A stretch of DNA of 63,898 bases, counting the filler, from Mitosporidium daphniae (taxonomy: Eukaryota): the NCBI RefSeq assembly GCF_000760515.2. It is 4 parts of 4 records of this genome, joined end to end, with 100 filler letters (N's around TTAATTAATTAA, not from the genome) between each part and the next. Parts side by side here need not be neighbours in the genome. Positions count along the whole stretch, not along the records: positions 50,299 to 63,898 come from NW_013546708.1; 3 more parts are not named here. One strand, given 5' to 3'. Position 1 is the first letter of the stretch. Each line of letters begins with the position of its first letter. Shown here in pieces: positions 55,409 through 63,898 of this stretch. A model generated the notes under the pieces. The model ran no database searches, had not been told where the DNA came from, and saw nothing but the letters and a program-made list of their open reading frames with translations. Both the position numbers and the translations under genes were made by a program.

Positions 55409-56242
55409 TTATTTATTGGTTCCCTTTTGATGGTAAGTCGACCCCAATCTGTTTGGATTCTGTGAAGGATATTTGGGAGCATTATTAGCAAAAGGATGTT
55501 CTTCATTTGAGCCCATGTCTCCAATAGCTTTGGCAATTTTTTCTTTTTTGGCAGCTGCATTTTCCCGGGCAATTATTTTATCTGCTACTGGATCCCTGGT
55601 CCCAAAGTACCGATCTTTAATTTTCTGGTCGCTCAGTTGCTCATCATGTGCATCCAATTGATGGCGAAAAGGACAGGCATCGCCTCGATTGCATTCCTTC
55701 TTTGCATAAAATGAACACACATGCGGTAAGTTTCGGCGATAGTTGGTTGTTGCTGCTCGCTTTTTGGCAATAGAAAGGAGCTTTTGATTTACAATAGGGG
55801 CATCGATGCCCACTAGCAAGGGCGCAGAGGTGTCTCCCCCGCTCGTATCTTGGTCAGCAAGTCTAGTGCGCATGGTTTGAAAAAAGAATTGCCGATTGAC
55901 CTCAAGTTTGGGGATATCTTGACTGCAAAAAGATCCTGCATCTCCTTCACCCAGTAACGCATCTCTGGCTTTCACTGGCAAATTGTATTGCAGATCCAGC
56001 AAGCAGGTTTGGCAAATGTTCTTGACTCGAGAGCAGATTTGGCATATTTCGGTTTTCTTGAAACGGGCGTCTTTGCCGGGCTTCCAGCGAAAAACGGTAA
56101 ATGGGCGCGAACAAGTTTTGCACTCACTGCCATGCACCGCTCGCGTCATCCTAAGCGCTTCATCGGGGCCCAAACAAACTTCACACAAAATGGGAAATTC
56201 GGAATTTTCCCACTCCTGCTGTTTGACCTCACTTTTATTCAT
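55409..56242 (-). CDS. RBM22: Splicing factor RBM22/Slt11/Ecm2, lacking the RRM
   Basis: WENSEFPILCEVCLG, ECKTCSRPFTVFRW, KNICQTCLLDL, CCCH finger RNLPHVCSFYAKKECNRGDACPFRH, YPSQ tail. Confidence 0.92.
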   Translation of the reverse strand: MNKSEVKQQEWENSEFPILCEVCLGPDEALRMTRAVHGSECKTCSRPFTVFRWKPGKDARFKKTEICQICSRVKNICQTCLLDLQYNLPVKARDALLGEGDAGSFCSQDIPKLEVNRQFFFQTMRTRLADQDTSGGDTSAPLLVGIDAPIVNQKLLSIAKKRAATTNYRRNLPHVCSFYAKKECNRGDACPFRHQLDAHDEQLSDQKIKDRYFGTRDPVADKIIARENAAAKKEKIAKAIGDMGSNEEHPFANNAPKYPSQNPNRLGSTYHQKGTNK

Positions 56243-56323
56243 TTAATGCAAAAATAAAAGGCTCATAAACTGAAATTTAATTAATGGCTTTTTGAATAAA
56301 AAATTATAATAATTTAGCAGTGC

Positions 56324-56689
56324 ATGGCCGCTAAGCATCATACGGACTTGATATTTTGTCGGAAGCAACCTGGCATTGCTGTTGGTAAAGTTTGCGAGCG
56401 GTGCGACGGAAGATGCGTGATTTGCGACACGTATGTGCGTCCAACTACCATCGTCAGAATATGCGATGAATGCAATTTCGGCTCCTCTCAGGCAAAATGC
56501 CTTGTTTGCGGGGGCCCCGGCCATTCAGACGCGTATTATTGTAAATCCTGCACCTTGTTGGAGAAAGACGTAAGTGCATGTTGCCATTTAACTACTTAGA
56601 GAGATGGCTGTCCCAAAATCGTCAACCTCGGATCCGCCAGAACCGATATGTTTTATGAACGCAAAAAATACACAACCTACAGGCAATAG
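56324..56689 (+). CDS. PHF5A: SF3b subunit PHF5A/Rds3
   Basis: [35 protein letters not shown]; intron 56570-56599. Confidence 0.97.
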
Positions 56690-56738
56690 AGGGCCAGAGC
56701 GAGAAAGAAAGGAAGAAACAAAGGCCGAGTTGATTTAA

Positions 56739-58032
56739 TTAAAATTCTTTAAAAAACATCGACGACATTGACTCGCCATTGTGCATTCGTCTAATGGCTT
56801 CCGATAGGATTGGCGAGATGTCTATGACTCTGAACTTTGATTCATCTAAATTAATACAGGGAAGTGGGCACGAATTGGTAACAAGAACCTACTGGATAGG
56901 AAATCACTAAATTTACAATATCAATATCGGGATCTTGCTCCAGACGCGCCATATTTTCGTTTGTAAGTAAAGGGTGGATCGCAACGACGCCCACCATAAG
57001 CGCCCCAGAGGCCCTTACTATTTTTGCAGTCGTAATAAACGACGAAGGGTCATCTATAATGTCCGTGAAAATCCAGGCTATTTTAGACTTTACATTTCCA
57101 ACCAGATTATCTCCGTTGCAAATGGACTCAATATTATCGTCTTCTGTTTCCGAAGTAACAAGTGCAAAGTCCAGTCCTAATCTATCGGCAAGCGCAGCAA
57201 CGCTCTTTGTTGAGGACGGCTTTTGGACGATGATCACACAATTTTCTTGAAATAATTGATTTAAAAAGATATCTCCGCGAAAAAAAACCGAAGAGCTGCA
57301 GTAGATCTCTGCTTTGGGATTTGGCGTCGAAGGGGTCGATAAAATCACAGCTTTGTTTGAAGATGTATCTTGCATCGAGTCCGCAGCAGGACAAGTACGG
57401 TCTGGAGTAGGGGAAAAACGGCCAATAAAGTTGACCGGACTAGATGAACGTGCCATGGTAATCAAATTTTCAAATTTTGAGCATCCGTACGATAAATCTT
57501 CCAATGATGCCAACATTGAAAGGCTGGCAGAGAATATGGCCTTTGCAAGTAAGGACTCGGATCGCAAATTATCGAACGGGATGTTGAAAAAGTCCTGGAT
57601 CGGTTGGGAATGCAAATCCACAGTCAGAATATGGTTTACCCCAGCAACCTGCAACATCTGGGCCACCAAGTTTGCAGATATTGAACCTCTAGGCGAGTCC
57701 TTTTTCCCGTATCTAAACCTTAAAGAAAGCCTATACCTTGAATATGGAAAGTATGGAAGGATAACAATTATACGACCTGAAGATGCATGCTTGCAGGCAT
57801 TAACAATTATTAAAAGCTCAACTAAATACTCGTCAATAGATCCACTAAAGCAGTTTCCCGTCTGCACTATAAAGACTTCGTGGTTTCTAACAGATACATG
57901 AATCTCAAGCACAGATTCAGAACATGCTGTTCTCTTGAGCGTAATAGGTGCCACTGGAACCCCCACCCGGAAGGCGATCTTTTGGGCAAGGTCAACATGC
58001 GAGGAACCGGACAATAGTCGAATTTGCTTCAT
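56739..58032 (-). CDS. PRPP synthetase-family protein, probably a non-catalytic PRPSAP/Prs5-like subunit
   Basis: LSGSSH.DLA, LPYFPYSR, LTVDLHS, LVGNVK, EAIRRMHNGESMS; degenerate catalytic motifs; large insertion. Confidence 0.85.
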
Positions 58033-58070
58033 TAAAAATTAAATTAATTTAATTTTTTTTAAATTCCTTA

Positions 58071-58553
58071 ATGGGAAGACATGTATGCATGCATTTCAAG
58101 TAACTTTGTAGAAAAGCAAGAAGCCAAATGTTCAATCGGCCACCGAATCATGGGGGGAAATGGTGCCGTCTAAAATCACAGAAAGGGTCAAATTGGACAT
58201 TCACATGCTGCGTCTGCGTAATGCCATCGATCCAACGCAGCATTATAAGAAATTCGATGCAAAAGATCTATCAAAAACATTTCAGGTAACCAAGATGGTT
58301 TATAAAATCTTTTATGTAGGTTGGAACTATTATCGATGATGCTACTGACTTTTATTCGCTCAGATCCACAAAGAGAGACCGCAAAAAAGACATTATAGAT
58401 TCGATCCTTTCAGACCCCGCGTCCAGGACGTATTACAATCGGAGATTCAAAGATCTCCAAATGCACAAGCAAAAGTCTGCCAAAGATTTATATAGGAAAC
58501 GCATGCAAGCAGCGCTGCCATCCTGGAAATTCAAATCTAACTTCAAAAAGTGA
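58071..58553 (+). CDS. FCF2: rRNA-processing protein Fcf2 (not in ORF track)
   Basis: Spliced WGEM..LRLRNAIDPTQHYKK..FQ|VGTIIDDATDFYS..KRDRKK. Confidence 0.88.
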
Positions 58554-58652
58554 CCGTAAATATTCTAAAATTAAACTTTAAGCTACAATTTAAAGCGGTT
58601 GCTTGTTGCACTGCAAGGGTATAAATTTTTTTTTCCTTTAAATTATCCAACA

Positions 58653-59141
58653 ATGGGTCGCATGCATTCGCCAGGGTATGTTTCCTCCATAGTGTATTGA
58701 CATCATAGAAAGGGTATCTCTGACTCTGCACTACCATATCGCCGTTCTGCTCCATCATGGGTCAAGACCACTTCTCTTGAAGTTTCAGACCAGATTTTCA
58801 AGCTTGCAAAGAAAGGTCTCACCCCATCATCCATTGGTGTTGTGCTCAGGGATCTCCACGGTATTCCGCAAGTTAAAAGCATTACAGGAAATAAGATTCT
58901 CCGTATTCTCAAAGCTGGTGGACTAGCCCCGGAAATACCCGAGGATCTCTATCATCTGATCAAGAAGGCAGTCTCTGTTCGTAAACATCTTGAGCGCAAT
59001 CGCAAGGATAAAGATTCCAAATATCGTCTTATTCTAATTGAGTCGCGCATTCATCGCCTTTCCCGTTATTATAAGAAATCCAAGCAACTCCCAGCTGTCT
59101 GGAAGTATGACTCGACTTCTGCTTCGGCCATTGTTGCTTAA
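58653..59141 (+). CDS. RPS13: 40S ribosomal protein uS15 (S13)
   Basis: [46 protein letters not shown]. Confidence 0.98.
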
Positions 59142-59204
59142 TACTAATAATAATAAACCAAGTTGACACTTTATCCAAGTTGGTGCCCTGTTCGAGTTAA
59201 TGGT

Positions 59205-59451
59205 TTATTTTTTCCCGGACTTTTTAATTCCTCCAGATAGGAGGGGCCCTTTTTGTTTAGCTAGCTTCGCCATTTGTTCAAATAGTTTCTCCTCGTCCCT
59301 TTTGGCCTTTATGAAAGCGAGATCACTCTAAAATAGGAACGAACACCAAACCTCATCCATCTCTTCCACCTCTTTCTTTGGAGCTTTCTTGTAAGGGACT
59401 TTGCCGCCTAAAAATCTTAGAGGAAATAGTCTGATCACCTGAACGAGTCAT
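59205..59451 (-). CDS. TMA7: Translation machinery-associated protein 7 (not in ORF track), 3 exons
   Basis: Spliced MTRSG|GKVPYKKAPKKEVEEMDE|SDLAF..KGPLLSGGIKKSGKK. Confidence 0.9.
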
Positions 59452-59520
59452 TTATTTAATGACTGGATGAACCGAATGCAAAATGTTATTTATTTTAATG
59501 TTAATTTTTAACAAAAAATA

Positions 59521-60393
59521 TCAAAGGGCATATAGTCCAATTTGGACCAGGATCACCGTATTTAGGAATGCAGCGAGAGAGGTAGAGAACATCAGCAATG
59601 GATCATTTACCCCAACAAAGGTTGTAAACACTCTGGCCAACGACCCAGCAGCTACCAGGAAACATGATATGGGAGACAGAGCCCCTGTAGATTTTGCTGT
59701 GAAACTTGCAATAATTTGGTTAAATCGAGATAGGATAAATAGAGGGACAGCCCAGTATTTTACAAGCAAAGCCAATTCCTGTATGGTGGTAAAGTTTAGT
59801 AAAAATTGGTACAGAAAGGCAAGGAGACAGACAAAAAGAGACGCCATCAAAAAGGGCCAAGATGTGATTCCCTTTTTTTTGGCCACGACAGAGCCGTCTT
59901 GAGTAGAGGTTGGTGTGGTCTTGTCTTTTTCGTCCAAAGAATCTTGGGTGTCTGCCTGACTATTGTTGATCGCAGTTGATTTCTCTGTTTGGAGATCTTT
60001 TAAATTCTTGGGCTTCTCCTCGGTACCTAAAAAGAATACAAGAAATGCGATTAGAATGGTTTGGATCAGTAAAAAGAAGCCTTCGCCATAGAGCTCAAAT
60101 GGATGCATTTTGCGAAAGTTATAGGCCACAGATAGGGATAGGGATATAATTTCTAAAATCAGGGCGAAAATAGGTATTCCAAATGCAGTCCCTTGATTCA
60201 GAATTCGAATGATTTGGGGAACCTTAACAAAAAGACCTCCCAAAAGAATGCCATAGCTAAGGGCTCTAGAAAGAAAGAGCGTCATACAATCAGCTTCAAA
60301 ACCATCCAAAAAACTGTCAAGAACTTTTTTTCCACATTCCTTTCCAAATAGAAGCATGATGCAATCCCTAAATACTTGGGCCATACAAAACAT
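59521..60393 (-). CDS. MPDU1: PQ-loop protein MPDU1/Lec35
   Basis: LSRALSYGILLGGLFVKVPQI, YGEGFFL, STGALS, GSLARVFTT. Confidence 0.88.
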   Translation of the reverse strand: MFCMAQVFRDCIMLLFGKECGKKVLDSFLDGFEADCMTLFLSRALSYGILLGGLFVKVPQIIRILNQGTAFGIPIFALILEIISLSLSVAYNFRKMHPFELYGEGFFLLIQTILIAFLVFFLGTEEKPKNLKDLQTEKSTAINNSQADTQDSLDEKDKTTPTSTQDGSVVAKKKGITSWPFLMASLFVCLLAFLYQFLLNFTTIQELALLVKYWAVPLFILSRFNQIIASFTAKSTGALSPISCFLVAAGSLARVFTTFVGVNDPLLMFSTSLAAFLNTVILVQIGLYAL

Positions 60394-60469
60394 CTCGATC
60401 AATTTTTAATGAAAATTGATAAATTAAAAACCGACGCTTTATTAAACTTGCCATTAACTAGTCTTTAAT

Positions 60470-62002
60470 TTATTTATTTTTATTAGCGAGCGTTTTCTTA
60501 ATATTTTCTAACAGATCCCAAAAGTAGAAGGCAAAGAATATCGCCAACAGTAGTATTGGCATGAAACAATAAGTTTCAAAAAGCAGTGTTTGTACTTTTG
60601 GCCATGTTTTCAGCTCATAAATACAGTTAAAGTAGCCCAGGTTCATGTAATAAAAAATCCTTCGTAAAATTATGATCCAAGGCTTTGTTTTTTGTGAGAA
60701 TTCTATGTTTTCGATCCTCAGATCTATCGATTGCCATAAAATATCCATGAAAAATACAATGAAATAGCTGAGGTACAGACCACGCCAGAGGATCATAAAT
60801 AAGAGGGTACCAAAGCTTGCGAAAATTATATCAGTATTTTCAGCAAAGTTCTTCTTAACAAATTCAAAATCTTCCAAATGGGTTTGAACATGGCGTTTAA
60901 AAGCATTATTTGCATGTTGATTCCAACATCTAAGTATATCCTTCGGCGAAAATGAGATCAATACCTTGTAAAAATCTATATTTTGTAGAAAATTACATCT
61001 TTTGGGGGGAGTTGTCACTACTGGCTTTAACAATTTAGAGGTAGAGTCTATTTGATTGAAATTTTTTTCGGAATCTTTAAGATTGTTAACAGTGATAGAA
61101 GATTTTCCTAAACTCGAAGAAAGATCTTCATCTCTTGATGGATCTTCAAAACAATCACCAAAATATCCATACATCTCAATTAGAATCCAAATGAGGTACC
61201 TTGACATTGATGTCCAACCCAAAAGAAAGGCATATAAAAGTTTTACTAAAAATGAATTTTGAGAGTATTCGGGTGAAATAAGCCATGAAAAAGGCCTAAA
61301 GAACCAAAAGAAGATATATAATGGAATCAAAAAAACAGCAGTTACAAATAAAATTTGAAAATCTTGATTTTTGATTACAGCAGTATCAAAAACCCATTCA
61401 GTCTGATCAATTTTTAGTAAATAGTTAACATGGGTCTTATATTCAATTGTAGGGCCTGCAAAAAGTGTCATAGGAGAAAAGAAATACGAGTATGCCATAA
61501 ATATCCGTTTTATAAAGCGAAGGATGGGCATAGACCCATGATCGGAAGTATAAGTAAAGTAACCTAGCTCAAAAGACTTTTCTTTATTGCCTTCTTTATT
61601 GCCTTCGAACCAAAAAATGATTCCTTTCAAATAAGAAATCATCCATGGAATATGAGAACCAAGTTCAACGAATGTCTCCGGTTCAAAAAATTCAAGATAA
61701 ACACAGTAAATAAACTCGCAGAATAAAAAGAGAGTTTTTACATTGAATCTAAATGAGACAGGCAAATATGATGAAAGTTCTGCAATAAATATTTTGAGCG
61801 AAATAAACACAAGAAACACCCAAAATCGATTTTCTCCAAACGCACATAGAAAGAAAACCACGCCACCAAAAATATGATAACACTCTTTTAAAAAAAGAAA
61901 CTCGCCAGAAACGAATTTTTGATATGAAAAAAGAAATACCAAGTTCGCCAAAAAAGCCAAAACGTATTTTCCGATTGGGAAAACCTGTATGGAAAGTGTC
62001 AT
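60470..62002 (-). CDS. MBOAT-family (Ale1/LPCAT-like) membrane protein with the catalytic His apparently replaced
   Basis: YFFSP..AGP, CWN, WRG in place of WHG; many TM segments; AT-rich and intronless. Confidence 0.7.
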   Translation of the reverse strand: MTLSIQVFPIGKYVLAFLANLVFLFSYQKFVSGEFLFLKECYHIFGGVVFFLCAFGENRFWVFLVFISLKIFIAELSSYLPVSFRFNVKTLFLFCEFIYCVYLEFFEPETFVELGSHIPWMISYLKGIIFWFEGNKEGNKEKSFELGYFTYTSDHGSMPILRFIKRIFMAYSYFFSPMTLFAGPTIEYKTHVNYLLKIDQTEWVFDTAVIKNQDFQILFVTAVFLIPLYIFFWFFRPFSWLISPEYSQNSFLVKLLYAFLLGWTSMSRYLIWILIEMYGYFGDCFEDPSRDEDLSSSLGKSSITVNNLKDSEKNFNQIDSTSKLLKPVVTTPPKRCNFLQNIDFYKVLISFSPKDILRCWNQHANNAFKRHVQTHLEDFEFVKKNFAENTDIIFASFGTLLFMILWRGLYLSYFIVFFMDILWQSIDLRIENIEFSQKTKPWIIILRRIFYYMNLGYFNCIYELKTWPKVQTLLFETYCFMPILLLAIFFAFYFWDLLENIKKTLANKNK

Positions 62003-62070
62003 CAATAAAATGCAATCGAATTATGGACTAGTTAAATTATGAGTAATCAATTTAATTGAAAAATTTGGCG

Positions 62071-63898
62071 CTAAATGTAAGCTCTACATAGGGGACAGGT
62101 TGAGTTGCCACTGGTTTTGAACCATTTTATCTATAAATTAACATTAAAAAATATAAAGTACCAAGCAGGAGGAGTGAAACTTGTGTTTGCAACTGGGACA
62201 GCCCTTGGACGGGAGGCTAAAGTCGATTGGTTGGAAGATAGAATAGCAGATTATACACTCTTCGATTCCAGAGAACCTTGCTTCAGCATTTTTCTTCCAC
62301 AGGACAAGGGCTTCCAAGATTGTAGATGAACACGAGACAATCAATGGAGGCGTATTTGCAGTGGCCAGAGAAAGCATAGATGTGCTCCCGGAAATTAATA
62401 TCTGAGTGGATAATAGCCATTTACGCCAAACCGCTTCTGAAACCCCGACCCTCTTACCTGTTTGCTGCACAACAATTGAATTTAGCGGGTAAGATTGGGG
62501 AAAGATGAGGGTCATTTCAAGAAAAGCATTTTCTTCTCCAAGTGGGAGCCTTACCAAAATGGAGGATGAAATACTCGAATGCAACAAATTCAATTCCAAA
62601 GGAGAGAGTCTTTTTTTTGATGCTGGCGCTCTTAAAAGCTCAATTTCTCTTTTAATTAATTTTTGCGAAAACCTTGTGCAAACGAATCTGTCAAAAGTGG
62701 CCAAAAGATTGGTCCAGCTTTTCTTGTCAAATAGGGTCTCTGGTACTGAGGAATGAGCTGTGCTCTGAGTCCACCAGGTCCGCACTTTTAAAGGATGAGA
62801 TGCCAGCAACGAGTATAACGAATGTATGTATAAGGATCGAAGTGCATGGTCGTTGTGAACCGTATTTTCGGATGAATTTCCATCTATTAAATAGATGGAA
62901 GAGAGATCATAGCAATCTGGACTATAGCAATTAATAGAGGTTGAAAATTCATCAAGATTGCACTGGCCAAACAGCAAGTAAAACGCATGGAGAATGTTTT
63001 CAAACCAAAAGGAGTCATCTGGAACAAGATGATCCAATGCCGCTGGGGGAAGGGAAGCCAAAAAAAGCATTTCGAGTAAGCAAACGTTCAATATTTCCAA
63101 ATAAGCCTCATTGCCATATTCCAAAATATCCATCCTGCGAGGTTGCGGATAAAACAACTCAACAGAAGAAATAAGTAGATCTTGCAGATTGTTTATAGAA
63201 CAAGCTAGCATATTAAAAAGCAGAATTAGGCATTCTTTTTTGCCTCTAGTACGAAAATCTTTTCCAAAGCAAAATTGTAATAATGATTTCCAAACCGGGC
63301 TCGAAAAGTAGATGCCACCGATCGATTTTGCTTCGACAGGCGAGTGCTGGTTTAAAATCTTAACTAAATTTGAAAAAAAGAGCGACAAACTATAGGTAAA
63401 TTGCAAGTTTTCTTGGTCCGGGATCAACGATAAAGCAAAAGAAAACACGTTACATGCAGCCCCAATAAAGTCTACATCTGACAAAAAGTAGCATGTTAAA
63501 AAATCCATGAATATTGGGAGAAGGTGAAACGATTCGCGCGACATCATAATATTTTGTATGATGCCTCGATAAAAAGCCAAAACCTCGCTTTTCAGCCAAT
63601 CGATTCCGTCTGTTATCAGAAGCGTAACGGGATCTCTTTTTAGCATGCAAATAGTTTTCTAGAAAATTGGAATCAATTCGATTGAAGATAAAATATCGTC
63701 GTTTTGCTTTTCTTTTTGGAAATATGCGAGTAAAAGGCTAGCATCGGAACGGGACATGTTTGAAGGGAATATGAAGGAGCCTTGTCTTATAGAAAATAGC
63801 CAGAACGATAATGATACCAGATCCGGGCTGCGACCATCTGATCGCGAAACAATGGAGGTGGTATCTTTATCCCTAGGGCCCAGAGCCAAAAGTAGTTG
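62071..63898 (-). CDS. LTN1: Listerin E3 ligase Ltn1/Rkr1, 3' part
   Basis: RWD-like PQSYPL, WKKN..FSGIEECIICY..LP..C..CKHKFH..CL|IKWF.TS..STCPLCR; in-frame TAG at 63659-63661. Confidence 0.92.

Noticed and set aside
48929..63661. Stop-codon reassignment explaining the in-frame TAA/TAG cases
   Set aside because: TAA, TAG and TGA all terminate conserved genes at expected positions (RPL3, RACK1, ETFB).
10878..63898. Ribosome quality-control cluster (RACK1, pelota, LTN1)
   Set aside because: The genes lie on different contigs tens of kb apart; co-occurrence is expected by chance in a gene-dense genome.

Overview
This is eukaryotic DNA from a very compact, intron-rich genome. The window holds four contigs joined by artificial N44-TTAATTAATTAA-N44 spacers (16728-16827, 33514-33613, 50199-50298), so gene order across those joins is not reliable. 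I reconstructed about 45 protein genes by hand-splicing, including small ones absent or fragmented in the ORF track (ATP15, UPF0390, mL41, FCF2, TMA7), plus a dispersed 5S rRNA gene and tRNA-Cys(GCA). Fungal hallmarks (division-2 chitin synthase, Zn2Cys6 factor) occur together with ancestral features (E2F, PRP4 kinase, SCP2-bearing FOX2). There are also genes for a genome-containing mitochondrion and for peroxisomes (PEX3, FOX2-SKL). My inference, not verified, is an early-diverging Rozellomycota/microsporidia-related parasite such as Mitosporidium. Main observations: (1) more than 50 tiny introns of about 24-37 nt with degenerate donors, including GC-AG introns and a 4-nt micro-exon; (2) three outsized introns in translation-related genes that share motifs; (3) head-to-head gene pairs 22-110 bp apart, some functionally matched; (4) recurrent TTAGGG-type motifs in promoter regions; (5) an AT-rich accessory island with two secreted coiled-coil paralogs that keep a conserved upstream cassette and signal peptide but have unalignable mature regions; (6) several apparently reduced or inactivated proteins. 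All calls come from reading the sequence and remembered family motifs; no searches were run and splice models are unverified.
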